Shown: piece by piece, positions 24,500 to 36,758 of the stretch
Numbering within the stretch: position 1 is the stretch's first letter
How the letters are laid out: each line of letters opens with the position of its first letter
Assembly: GCA_964016885.1 (NCBI GenBank)
Contig: OZ024743.1
Span: 144,150,001-144,214,000, forward strand
Source: Eledone cirrhosa
Lineage: Eukaryota
Direction: 5' to 3'
DNA: 64,000 bases
Made by a program: the position numbers and the translations under genes
Notes under the pieces: generated by a model
The model's input: the letters and a program-made list of their open reading frames with translations, nothing else
Told to the model about the DNA's origin: nothing
Database searches by the model: none

Positions 24500-25440
24500 T
24501 GGAGTATTTGCAGATTCCTTGGTAGTTCAGAATGTTCACATTTTTGTTAAGGATGATAAAGCCCAAATCCTCTATTCACATTATATGAAACCCATGGCCT
24601 CCAAGTACCTGATCCACGAGAACTCAACTATCTCAGATATTGCTAAGTTCAATATCTTGATAGCAGACCTGGTAAGGTTGATGAGAAATGTATCCTGCAT
24701 ATGTGATCCAACAGAGTTAAAGAGACACATACAGCATTTTATCCACTGTGTGCAGTTCTATGGTTATAATCAAAGAGACAGGATCAGGGTGTACAAAGGA
24801 GCTATGGCTAAATTCAAAACCATTATGGAGAATGATATGAATGGGATTTGCCCACTATACAGGAGCAAATCATGAAATAGCATAAAAAGGACTAAGAAAG
24901 AGATCGGGAAGGCCAACTCATGGTGTGACAGCTAGAAATACCTGAGTGTCATGTGCATCAATGCTTCCCCTAGAGGCAAATTAGGATATCATTTTAAAAG
25001 AGCCTTCGACAAAATGAACCTTAGGTTTAAAGTAGTAGAAAAACCAGAAGCTACCATAAAATCTTGGATTAGTAGGACATATCGCTTTAAGAAAACTATA
25101 TGTACTGATAGAAACTGTATAGTTTGTCAGATAAGCCCACAGATAAACTGCAAAACTAGAATGTAGTCTATTGGATAAGATGTACAGAGTGACAATGTAG
25201 AAACAAGATGACATGCATAGGAGAGACAGCTCGTAGTATAGGGGAGAAAATAAAAGAACACTGGTGATAACTTAAGGAGAAAAAAAGCTCATTAGTGCTA
25301 CACCAACTTGCCAAACTATAATACAGCGGCTCAATAGATAACAGAAATAAAGATTCTATCCACACACAGAAGTGATGCAACACTCAGACAAATTATGGAG
25401 GTCACACACACTGAACAGAAAACACAAGTTGAATAGTAAC
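24500..25440 (+). mobile_element. Penelope-like retroelement relic (RT C-terminal part + GIY-YIG endonuclease)
   Basis: HYMKPMASKYLIH...; Cys-rich CTDRNCIVC..NCKT; VYWIRC..; IGETARSIGEKIKEH; multiple stops. Confidence 0.8.
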
Positions 25441-25992
25441 AGCTTAATCACTTAAGGCAGAATAAGGGAAAAAAGTCACAAACTGCAAAACAACAAATGT
25501 TACGTAAAACACACATAGACATGACAAACACAAAAAAACATACACACACACCACACAGATGAAGGTGCAGGTGCAAACGAATGTGCAGACACAAAAACAC
25601 ACCACAAAACAAAGACAAGATGGAGTAGAAGTTTAAGACCAGGAAAACAGATAGCTAAGGAGTGGTAGAAAAGGGAGTCTGTGTTGGGTGGGGGAGTACA
25701 GGAGTGGAAAGAGTAGCTATTAGGGTGCAATAGCGAGTGTTTTTAAGGTCTTTAGAGGAGAGGGAATGGTGAAGGAGTGATAGTGGAGAAGGCACATGGG
25801 GATGGGTCAGGTCACATTTTATGCTGGTATACAGGTCTTCATTAGCACAATGTAGCATCAGCCCTCTTGGCCCTTTGTCATCTCTGTTGGGAGATTTAGT
25901 TTCTTAGGTTTGGTTTTCACTACCTTGTCTCAAGTATTCCTGGGCCTACCTCTTCCACAGTTCCCACCTGCTTTCTCTTTCTCCCTCTCTTT

Positions 25993-25995
<3 letters not shown>

Positions 25996-26049
<54 letters not shown>
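25996..26049. repeat. (TA)n microsatellite (one of many; others at ~26965, ~48216, ~63524)
   Basis: Direct. Confidence 0.95.
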
Positions 26050-26050
<1 letters not shown>

Positions 26051-26196
26051 TAATAATAATAAAAAGGATGAAGTATTAGATTTTCATTACGTTTATTGAG
26101 ATGCATTTCGCAATTGATTAAAATCGTGAAATGTGTGTCAAACCTCAATGAACGTAATGAAGATCTAACACTTCATCCTTTTTATTATTAGTAGTA
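26048..26196. repeat. Long inverted repeat / fold-back (~50-bp outer arms plus inner stem)
   Basis: AAAAAGGATGAAGTATTAGATTTTCATTACGTTTATTGAG vs CTCAATGAACGTAATGAAGATCTAACACTTCATCCTTTTT. Confidence 0.9.
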
Positions 26197-26340
26197 TTAC
26201 ACTCTGCTTATTACAACACCAATATACCTACTGGAAACTACACATCGAGTGCTCACTCTGGTAAACCTACAGTAACAGGATGTTACAATCCCTAAATATA
26301 TATATACATATATATACACACATATATATATGTATCATTC

Positions 26341-26565
26341 ATCATCATCATTTCATTTTACGTCCACTTTTCCCTGCTTGCAAGGGTGGGACGGGAATGA
26401 TAGGGACCCAAGTCCCTATCATCTCATTTCTACAGCTGAGTAAACTGGAGCAATGTGAAATAAAGTGTCTTGCTCAAGGAAACAACACATCACCTGGTCT
26501 GAGAATTGAACTCACAACCTTTCGATTGCAAGGCCAATGCTCTAACCACTAAGCCATGTGCCTCC
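26341..26565 (-). mobile_element. SINE family A with internal deletion
   Basis: Head and tail nearly identical to other copies; middle body missing. Confidence 0.85.
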
Positions 26566-26579
26566 CATATATATATATA

Positions 26580-26961
26580 CGAGGGCAATCCCAAAAGTAA
26601 GGTCTCCTTCCGATATAGCAACTTTTCCATTAAAATCCTGTGGATGGTGCTTAGGGAAACCTCAGGTGCCAAAATGCAGTGAGCATCCAGAGTGATCCGC
26701 CGATCTTTACACATGTTTTCCTTGGAAGGAAATGATTGCCCTCGTATATAATAACTGCGCGAAATTCGCACTTGGCGGTAGCATTCAACGAGAGCTCCAT
26801 TCTGAACGGCGGCCAAGCCAAGATTGAGCATCCCAGCGAAGCGCGCGCATGCTTGTTTGGGAGTGAAGGAAGCACCAATCACAACAGTGTTGCCAACAGC
26901 CATACGAACAGTTTCTCTGCGTTCCCATCGCTTTGGAGATCTTACTTTTGGGATTACCCTC

Positions 26962-26962
<1 letters not shown>
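26580..26962. mobile_element. Tc1/mariner-type MITE, CpG-rich (probably young), inside a (TA)n tract
   Basis: TIRs CGAGGGCAATCCCAAAAGTAAGGTCTCC / GGAGATCTTACTTTTGGGATTACCCTCG. Confidence 0.85.
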
Positions 26963-27008
<46 letters not shown>

Positions 27009-27645
27009 TGTATAACTATAGTTACAAGTGGTTTGTCAGTTAAATCACTCAATGCTGTTACACAGTTCCATCTTGTGTAGGGTTTATACTTCAGTGTACT
27101 CTTGGGCTGTAACATACTTACCTATATATATATATATAATCATATATGTATTAAGAATGATTGATGAGTGCTGAAAGTTTAAAGCAATGCGTCTGCAAGT
27201 TTGGAACAGCTTGAATATAAGGAGAAGATGAATAGATAATGAAATATATACATAACAACAGAAATGAAAGAAGCAGCTTAGAGAGAAATCTTTTAGATAA
27301 ACTTGTTGGAGACATGTTAATGAGAAGGCAGATTGGTACTTTGATGGCATTCTCTAAATAGACATCATTGCATCATTGTAGATTGGTAGAATCATTAGAG
27401 CAAGGGACAAAATGAATTTGTTCAAGCTGTTTATGTTTTGGGTTCAAACCCTACGAAAGTCAACTTTGCCTTTCATCCTTTTACTGTCGATAAACTAAAA
27501 TACCAATAAAATACCTGGATCCAATATAATCAGCTTCCCACAAATCGTTGGCCTTGTGCCAACACACACACTCATCATCATCATCATAATTATCGTTTAA
27601 CATCCATTTCTCTACGCTAGCATGGGTTAGATGGGTTGTCTCGTT

Positions 27646-27804
27646 CAGGGCCGTCTTAACAGCATTATAGGCCCCCGGGCAAAGCAGAGCACTGGGGCAC
27701 CTACCTACACAACCAATCACAGGAATAAAAATACAAATGGGCCCCCTATCCTCGTGAGGCCCCCAGGCAACTGCCCAGCATGTCCATGCGTTAAGATGGC
27801 CCTG
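27646..27804. mobile_element. hAT-type MITE (159 bp)
   Basis: TIRs CAGGGCCGTCTTAAC / GTTAAGATGGCCCTG; perfect 8-bp TSD GTCTCGTT (27638-27645 and 27805-27812). Confidence 0.9.
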
Positions 27805-28524
27805 GTCTCGTTTGAAACAAGTTGGGTCAGGTGACCATGTCTTACTCACAAAGAACGTTTCTGGCTTGGTTTCTACAGCTGGATATATATGTAAACTAGA
27901 TGGGCCGTCCAGCTGGCGCCCGGCTAGGTATACCTGCCCCCACCACTCCACTGCAAAGATACCACACACCCTCCTGTGTCACATTGTCCTTCCGACTTCG
28001 TAGCAAAGGGGAGGAGCTACCGTAGAAATGAGTTTAAAAAGAAAGAGTTAAGCTGTGTTGTTAATATACATACCATACATACATGACGATGGCTGCCCCC
28101 TCGTTATCGAGTATGGCCATTGCACGAGGGAAAAAAAAAAAAATTAATAAATAAATAAAAAATAAAATAAAAATAAAAAAAGAAATATATATATATATAT
28201 ATATATATATGCAAAAGTTCTATTTAAAGTTGTTGGGATACAAGTAAATATTTTTATAACTGATATAAAGCACTCGACAAGTTTTTGGAGTAGATATACG
28301 ATATTAATAAATGGAAACTATATTTATAAAACCATATTTAATTCATTATACATATTTCAGGGATACCACATTAAATTATGGTATGCCTTCATCAGACAAA
28401 ATACAATATATAACAGTTTTACAAATAGCTTTGACGTACCCTTTTAAAATACAACCATTACTTTTGGAGGCTGTCTGGATAGTGATTTGTTTACATTGTT
28501 TTAATAAGTCATAGTGTTAAGCAC

Positions 28525-28845
28525 AATTAGAAAAAGACGGAGAGAAAGAAAAAGAAAAAGACGGAGAGAGAGAAAAGAGAAAAAAAAGAACAAAGACGGA
28601 GAGAGAGAAAGAAAGAGAAAGAAAACCTGGAGAAATATCGGAGAGAGAGAGAAATGTATGGAGAAAAGAAAGAGATAAATAAAGATAGGAGGAAATAAAA
28701 AAGAAAAAAGAAAAAAGAAAGAAAAAAAAGAAAAGGAAGAAATAAGAAAAACAAATGAAAGCAACAGAAAGATATCAAGTCATCATACAGAGAGAAAAAC
28801 TCAAGAGAGAGAAATATTATATAGAGAGAGGGGGGGGGGGGGGAC
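28525..28845. repeat. Purine-rich low-complexity tract ending in a G run
   Basis: Direct. Confidence 0.85.
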
Positions 28846-29820
28846 AATAACAACTTTACGTCATGTCATATTAAGTTGAGTGCACAATTCATATGAAATG
28901 AATAATAAAAATATAAGTATCAATATTCATGAATGGGACATAGATATATAATATGAGAAATTAAACATTGTTCAATAATGACTATATGTTTAGTTTAGAA
29001 ACTTGAGATCAATATACCAAAATCTGAGTTCAAAATGTACCCTTGCTATAGAGATCAGTATTTTATGCAAAGACATACAAATATATATGTATATATATAT
29101 ATATACATAGATACGCACGTCGTGAAAATAGAAATTATGTTTACTCAAGCCAACAATATAGTCATACAAAACGTAAATGATTTCTCTTAATCACTGCTAT
29201 ACACTCATTGCGTTATAAAAACTTCACAGTATATATATACAAATATATACGATTAACATTCAAGTCCTCACATATACGATTACCATTCATGTGGTTAATA
29301 TTATGCATATCTCCAACATAGCTTTCAACCACATAGATACATACACATACATATATACACATACATATGTATAAATAAATATTTGTGTGCGTCGTCACGC
29401 ATCGCTCATGTGTATATACAGACATATATAGACACAAAAAACCTATAAGACTTTTTATGCATGTTAATATACACATATGCATCTGTATAGAGATAATCAA
29501 ATATCAATATATTGCTAAAGGATTATAACTTGTAAATATAACCATAACAATATAAATTTAAAATACCAAATGAATATATTTTGGAAATGTAACTATATCA
29601 GTATAGACAAAAGAAATCTAGAAATATCAAAGCATTAAATATCATTAAAACACTATAGAGTATCTTAAGTTAAAATAATGTTTTATATATTTAGTATAGA
29701 AATTTATCCTACGTATACCTCAATCAAGATATTGAAAGGGTAGACTTATGAAAGTTATGAGAAGCTATTATAATCAAAACAAATCAATAAAAATAAATAT
29801 ATATACATATATATATATAT

Positions 29821-30430
29821 GGTGGCTGCCAACTCGTTTTCGAGTACGGCCACTACTTTATATCCATGTAGGAGAACCCCTACCGATGCGCTGAACGAAT
29901 GTGACTTTTTAGTCCAGCCAGTGACTTGAAAACTCTGGTACAAAGACTACACTTGTGACCATTATTGACACATAGTGCAGGGCCCATGGTACCATGTGAT
30001 GACAAGTGCAGAGAGATCTCCAGATATAAAGCAATGCCTGTGCTGTGAAGCTTTTATAGTGAGCAAAGGCACTGCACAAAGCCAGTCCCACTCTCTTAAC
30101 CAAGATGATATTTACCAAAAAGAAGAACAAGTCAACATCATTGGATACCATCAGGGTTGCAGGTGTTATATCAGAGTTTTCCTTCTCCTAGAATTCTGCC
30201 TTGACAAAGGCTAAGGGGTCATCTCTCCCGGTGATTTTGGATGGCTATTGAGTCTTAAGAACTCCCTTGCCCTTTGACAGGTTTTGTTTTTAGTCCTGCA
30301 GGATGTCCAAAGTCACCCTCCTCACCAAGAAACCTTGGTGGGGTTGCCAGTTTAGTCGCCAACGAACCGACCATGAGACAGGTTGTACTGGGATACATGT
30401 TACCAGTAGCACCAACTGGTGACCTGACAT
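29821..30430 (-). mobile_element. ~610-bp non-autonomous LINE derivative, copy 1
   Basis: Highly similar reverse complement of 48271-48882; flanked by (TA)n/(TACA)n. Confidence 0.8.
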
Positions 30431-30438
30431 AAATATAT

Positions 30439-30469
<31 letters not shown>

Positions 30470-30848
30470 CATATATACATACATGCATACATACATACAT
30501 GCATATATACGACCGTCAGCTTTATAAGTATAGATATGTGTGTGTGTGTTTGTGTATGTGCGTATGTGCATGTCTGTGTGTGTGTGTTTTGTTTTGATGT
30601 TATCCGGCAATTGGCAAAATCAGGTGTGAAAGTATGTGTATTTGTGCGTGCGTGTGTCTGTGTGTGTTACTTATGCGAGCAATGACATGGTCCTCCTCTG
30701 TCTCTCTCTGTTTGTCTCTCTCTCTCTCTCTCTCACTCTCTGAATAACTAACACTTTAATTGTATCTCTCTCTGTCTAACGGCCTATCTCTTTCTTTTCT
30801 CCTCCCTCTGTTTTTCTGCCTCTCTCTCTGTAGATGTGTGTGTCTGAT

Positions 30849-31258
30849 TATAGAGAGAGGGAAGAGTGACAGAGAGAGTAAAGCTAAGAAACTATAGGGA
30901 GGTGTGTAGGATGCATACATAATACATACACACAATGCTCAGCTCTATAATATTATTGAAGGTAGATATGGAAAGTAAAAGAGTGTTGTCATATAGAGAG
31001 TGAAGAGAGACAGAGAGTAAAGCAGTTAAATTATAGAGAGGGTGAAAGAGGGAGAGAGAGAGAGAAGACGCTCAACTTTATAATATTTGAGAGTGAAGAG
31101 CGACAGAGAGAGTAAATCAGTTAAATTATAGAGAGGGGGAATGATCTATTATAGAGAGAGGGAAGAGCGACGGAGAGAGTAAAGCTAAGAAACTATAGGG
31201 AGGTGTGTAGGATACATACATAATACATACACACAACACTCAGCTTTATAATATTATA
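30849..31258. repeat. Composite GA-rich tandem duplication (~110-bp block at ~30849 and ~31149)
   Basis: Direct repeats. Confidence 0.75.
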
Positions 31259-31441
31259 GATGTGGTTGGGTTAGGAATGGCATCCAGCTGTAAAAATTCC
31301 AGCCAAAATACAGTTCCGTTTGAGCAAGGTACGTCAGGGCTAGCTGGCCGGACTTGTCTCATGAGGTGGGCAACCCATCAAACCCATGCAAGAATGGAAA
31401 AATAGATGTTAAACGATGATGATGATGATGATGATGATTAT

Positions 31442-31487
<46 letters not shown>

Positions 31488-31663
31488 TTTCAGTCAAGAA
31501 CAGTATATTTGAGACAAAATTTCTTCTGTAAAACTCCAGAAAGTAAATATGTTTAATCACTTTACAACATTTTTTACATTGAGTCCTTTAATGTATGACT
31601 GATCTACTTAATTTAAAGGTTGATATAATCTATATTGATATGTATGATATATGTATGTGTGTG

Positions 31664-31703
<40 letters not shown>

Positions 31704-32282
31704 TGCTCTCTCTCTCTCTCTCTCTTATCATCTTCTCTCCTTAAAAATTAATTCCTCATTTAGTTCTCTTTCTCTCTCTCTCACCTACACTCTTAGCATC
31801 CACCTACGCTCTTAGTATCCACCTACGCTCTTAGTATCCCTTTTCAATAAAGATGTGAGATTACTACTACCACCACCAATGCTGTCTCCCCCTCTCTCTC
31901 TCTCTGACACATACTCTTACCCTCCTCTTTCCAGGATATGCCAGACTTTTTATACTCCAGAAACACTGGTTTTAATATAACAGATTTACTAAGTTAGTAA
32001 TGAAAAACATGGAAAAGTTTGATAGGGTTCTGTATATCCTTCCATCACTCAAATACATTCTCTCTCTCTCACCCACATTCCTCTCTCTCTCTCTCTTACT
32101 CTTCTCTCTCAGACACCCCTTTCTCACTCCTCTCTCTCTTACCATTCCCTGTTCCCTTATCTCTCACACTTCTCTCTCTCTTTCTCACTCCTCTCTCCCC
32201 ACCTCACCCTTCTCACTCTGTTACTACACTCTCATCATCCTTTCCCCTCCTTCACCCTCTCAAATACATTTGTCTTTTACAG

Positions 32283-32435
32283 TGGGCAGAAGGCAACACC
32301 AATCAATGCAAACGACTGCGGCTAATTGACATCATAATTACACCAATGCAGCGGTTGACGCGCTACTCCCTGCTACTGCGTCGCATCAAAGATCAGTCGA
32401 TAGAGGAAAAACAAAAAGAAGACCTTGAGTTCATG
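32283..32435 (+). CDS. PLEKHG5: RhoGEF exon F (WAEGNTNQCKRLRLIDIIITPMQRLTRYSLLLRRI...LEFM)
   Basis: ttttacag acceptor, gtaact donor, 153 bp; DH CR3 motif PMQRLTRYSLLL. Confidence 0.96.
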
Positions 32436-32462
32436 GTAACTTTTCATTTTATCCAACATATT

Positions 32463-33009
32463 TTAACACTTTTGATGCCAAACCACCTGAAACTGACTCT
32501 TGGTTTTACAATACCAGCTTATTGTAAGCTGCTTTTATATCTATTGACTGATAGATAATGCTTAAAAATGACAGGTAAATGGTCAGTCTAGCTTTTGTGT
32601 AATGCTAATAAAGCTGTCTGTCATACAGCAGGTAAGAGTTGATTTCCACAGGTGACTCTGCTCACTTTTTCTGTCTCTTGTTAGAACAACTTGTTAGGCT
32701 ATTTATTAGTCAGACCTACATTGTAGCAGCTTACAATAAACTAATATATTTTAAAATTCAATTTGCTCAATGTTCTTTGTAAAATAACTTTTTCTTTGTT
32801 TATTAAACCTGTATGTTTTAAAGTGTTTGTATTTATCTAAAAACCTTTCACAATAATTTTATGTAAGAATCTTTATGTTCCAAACACAAGCTTAGTAATA
32901 ATGAGAAAATTAGTTATATTATTAAATACTTTCAAATTTTTATTTTCAAAATCATTTTAAAATTATAGGCAGTTCCCTTCATTAGAAATGTGGTTAATGA
33001 AAAGGGTTA
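32463..33009. mobile_element. Decayed TTAA-flanked piggyBac-like MITE, second family (relatives at ~11680-11935, 40923-41135, 56958-57177)
   Basis: TTAAC(A/C)CTTTTGATxCCAA...AAAAGGGTTAA termini and shared AT-rich interior. Confidence 0.55.
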
Positions 33010-33127
33010 ATAAAGATACATTTCGTTTTATCTTTTTTACTGTTTCACATCCAGTTTTTACACACTAACAAGAGTAGAATAAATATTTTTCACAAATTTT
33101 TGCCACTTTTATTATTATTGGAACAAG

Positions 33128-33320
33128 TAGGGCGGTGGATTGGGAGTATTGGTCGAGGGTCGGATGCTATGCTTTGCGGCATAGAGTTACGTCCCTTTGT
33201 GGTCTGAGTTCAAATCCTGCCAAGGTTAACTTTGCCTTTCATTCTTACGGGGTTGATAAAATAAAGTACCAGTAATGCACTGGATAATTGCTGGCCTTGT
33301 ACCAAAAGTAGAAACAATTA
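33128..33320 (+). mobile_element. SINE family B
   Basis: GGCGGTGGATTGG..GAGTTCAAATCC..TTGCCTTTCATTCTTACGGGGTTGATAAAATAAAGTACCAG. Confidence 0.8.
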
Positions 33321-33570
33321 TTATTGGAACAAGTGATTTTACTGCTATCTGCTCTTTCTAGCATCAAGCTCTTAACCATGAACTCATTAAGTTGTAAACT
33401 TGTGACTATAGGGTCAAGCAACTAAAAACATTTGCTATTGTATCTCAACATATTTTATATTTCATTCCCCTCTCTGACACTGCCCACACTAAAATGATTG
33501 TTTAAATTAAATTCTCAATCAAAATCTTATAACATGAACGATATCATCAGATTCAAGTTGTATCATCACC

Positions 33571-33943
33571 ATCATCATCATTTTACGTCCGCTTTTCCCT
33601 GCTTGCAAGGGTGGGATGGGAACTGATTCTGGCTTGATTTCTACAGCTGGATGTCCTTCCTAACACCAACCTCATTTACAGTGAGTGCTGGGTGCTTTTT
33701 TTTTCGTGGCGCATACACGTCCACTTTACAGTGTGGGCTGGGTGCTTTTTTGCTGTGGCACCTCCACGACCACTTTGCAGTGGAATGATAGGGATACGAG
33801 TCCCTATCATCTCATTTCTACAGCTGAGTAAACTGGAGCAAAGTGTCTTGCTCAAGGAAACAACACATCACCCGGTCTGAGAATTGAACTCACAATCTTT
33901 CGATTGCAAGGCCAATGTTCTAACCACTAAGCCATGTGCCTCC
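33571..33943 (-). mobile_element. SINE family A
   Basis: Close reverse complement of 35050-35382. Confidence 0.85.
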
Positions 33944-34494
33944 ATATCTAGATATAAAGTCAGAGATATTTTACTAAACCTCTCCAATGGAAGAAAATTA
34001 GCAGAATTGTTAGATTGTCAAACAAAAAAAACCTTGTGGTATTTTGTTTTGGCTTTCTGGTACTCTGAGATCAAATCTTGTTGAAGTCAACTTTGCTTTT
34101 CATCCTTTTGGGGTTAATGAAATAAAGTACCAGTCCAGAGAAGTGGATTGGTGAAATTGTTGGTGTCAGACTTCTGTTATTTATTCTGGTTGTTTGAGTT
34201 CTGAGTTCAACTCCTACTGTGGCCTACATGGGTACAGATGTGATCTCTCATCCAGTTTAATATCTTTAAACATCAACACCTGGCTAATGAATGCCTTTAG
34301 CAGAGTTAAGTTTGTTGTGAGCATTTAGGTCAGGTCTCTAGTTTGAGCATATCTCCCTCCCGCCATCTGATCAATCTCAGAGGTCCTGAAATGGTTTTGG
34401 GCACTGCCATTCCTTCCTGACTAAATAGTAAAAAAAAAAAAAAATATGATGCAGAATATTATTTATTATAAATTTATTTTATTCTCATTCCTAG

Positions 34495-34632
34495 ATCCAG
34501 ACAGTGGACACTTTTGTCAGTGGTGTGAATCTCATAGTTGGTCAAAAACGAGAACGTGATAAATTAAACGCAATTGCTTCGCGGATTGATTGTTATGAAG
34601 GTGTTGAAGCTCCAAATGAAGAATGTGTAAAG
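34495..34632 (+). CDS. PLEKHG5: RhoGEF exon G (IQTVDTFVSGVN...SRIDCYEGVEAPNEECVK), end of DH domain
   Basis: cctag acceptor, gtaatt donor, 138 bp; SRIDCYE resembles PLEKHG5 SRIDAYE. Confidence 0.95.
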
Positions 34633-35049
34633 GTAATTTCTTTGATGCTACTATTTTTTGCCACATAATCATCAGTTTTATATCCTCTTTTCTATACTAG
34701 TATGGTTTGGACAAAACATTCTTTTTTTTCTTTGAGGCAGTATTTCATGACAGGATGCCCTTGCTGGTACCAAGCTTTGTTTTTAAGTAAAGTACTGATC
34801 TTCACATATCAAACTTCTGAACTGTAGGACATAAACATACATCACCACCTTTGCAAGTACTGTCAAATGCAAAATAAACATACAGACACATATATACATA
34901 TATCATTCAATCAATGAACACTGAAATCCTGGTGGAATTGTAGGGAGCACCATCATGATGTATGACATGTCTTGGGCATTTAAATCTGGAGGAGTGTTGG
35001 TGACATGATAAAATACACTCAACATGATAAAATACACTCAACATATTAT

Positions 35050-35382
35050 GGAGGCACATGGCTTAGTGGTTAGAGCATTGGCCTTGCAATCGAAAGGTTG
35101 TGAGTTCAATTCTCAGACCGGGTGATGTGTTGTTTCCTTGAGCAAGACACTTTATTTCACATTGCTCCAGTTTACTCAGCTGTAGAAATGAGATGATAGG
35201 GACTGGGGTCCCTATCATTCCACTGCAAAGTGGTCGTGGAGGTGCCACGGCAAAAAAGCACCCAGCACTCACTGTAAATGAGGTTGGTGTTAGGAAGGGC
35301 ATCCAGCTGTAGAAATCAAGCCAGAATCAGTTCCCGTCCCACCCTTGCAAGCAGGGAAAAAGCGGACGTAAAATGAAATGAT
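35050..35382 (+). mobile_element. SINE family A, full-length reference copy
   Basis: A box TGGCTTAGTGG, B box GAGTTCAATTC, CORE-like CCTTGAGCAAGACACTT, 3' end matching the RTE LINE tail. Confidence 0.88.
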
Positions 35383-35666
35383 TGTCCCAAATATTTCGTA
35401 AAGTGGTTAGCAGAGGACATAACAAACTCTTTAGTGCTACAATAAAATGTACCAAGTACACTCTGTAAACAAGACAGTCATCTGACCCATCTAAGAAGGT
35501 AGTTACTCCAAATAATAAGAACTGATTCAAACCCATCCAGTCCATACCAGCATAGAAAGCGTATGTAAAATGACAATAATAAAATAGATTTATTGCATTT
35601 ATGTTAGTGATACACCTTTTACTTAAGTGATATCTATAAAAATTGTATCTTGTTGTTTATTTACAG

Positions 35667-35777
35667 ATCTTGAACAGTTATAGTCAACAATTCACTCTTG
35701 CATCACCAATGCCATTTTGCCATCCTGAACAAAGTCGTATTTTGCTGTACCACTGTAGCCTGAAATATAAAGCTCGG
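35667..35777 (+). CDS. PLEKHG5: RhoGEF exon H (ILNSYSQQFTLASPMPFCHPEQSRILLYHCSLKYKAR), start of PH domain
   Basis: ttacag acceptor; 111 bp to a gtaaaa donor (exact donor uncertain); resembles LTAPIPG.SPEETRQLL. Confidence 0.85.
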
Positions 35778-36758
35778 GTAAAAGTCTGCTTATTTTAATA
35801 ATTGTTATCAACTTGTTTGTCATTTTTTTTTTGTGTGTATCCCAGGTTTTAAAATAACTACATCATAGCCCTGTATGTAACTAAAAAGTTTGGCATCACA
35901 AAGGAGACCTAGCTGTAAAACATTGCCTCAAAACATCTCATCTAATCCATGCCAGGATGGAAAAGTGAACATATAAATGATGATAATGATGATGGTTGAG
36001 AAATTTTATGAGAAATGTTAAGCAGAAAGGGTTAAACTAAAGGTTTCCTAACTTCTTTAGACTCACACCTCCAATTCAGAAATATCATCAGTGCACCCCA
36101 CTGAATCTTGGGTAGTGACTGAAAGACTACGATTGTGAATACAAGCGGCCAAACTGGGGTTTCTCCAAAGAGCTTCTGGAGTAAAATTACTTGATAGGAT
36201 GCATAGTTCGGAGATCAGATAGCCGTTCTGCATTGAGAAATTACAGCTCAGATATTACAGGCTTGAGTATCTAAGGTAGGGTTTCCCAAACTTTTTCAAA
36301 CGTGGACCCCTTTTTGGTTCAGAACCCACTTTGGGAGCTACTGATCTAAGGAAAGAATCGCAGGATATATTTTATGGGAAAAGCCAACTAATAGGAGACC
36401 CTGAGTTAAACTATGAGCAGGATGGTTGGATAACTAACATAACCTTAGTTAGTCATGTTTGGGGATCCAGCCAGATTATTTTGAAATAGTTGCTTCCAAT
36501 AGAAGGCGTTTCTGACTACTCTGCTTCCACAACCTTCTCAGGAATAAGTGGGTGAAAAAAAAAGATTAACAAGATTTTATTCAAGCATTTATCAAATAAT
36601 TAAAGGTGACAGTTTTACAAGCAACTACTAATTTGTATTCTTTGCTCCTCTTAAGTTCCCCAGTAATGGCTACTTTATGGATCACTCAGTTAAATCATAT
36701 GCAGATATTTTTCAGCAGTTTCTTGGCTATTTTTACTTTATTTGTTTGTCTTTATTCA

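Noticed and set aside
28070-28130. U1 snRNA-like CCATTGCAC motif
   Set aside because: Better explained as the reverse-complement 3' end of the LINE derivative at 48850-48882; no U1 5' end or Sm site
29909-30610. Repeated 79-106 aa ORFs (also at 48172-48795 and in SINE A copies) as a small-protein family
   Set aside because: They recur only because the underlying repeats recur; no independent coding signal
32019-32558. 179-aa ORF as a standalone gene
   Set aside because: Only 32283-32435 is exon; the rest is a CT-rich polypyrimidine tract and intron
35050-35125. tRNA gene (also at other SINE heads)
   Set aside because: A/B boxes are present, but there is no full cloverleaf or acceptor stem and the sequence continues into a SINE body in multiple copies
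36060-36560. Possible further Penelope/GIY-YIG or hAT remnant
   Set aside because: Too degenerate to support by eye
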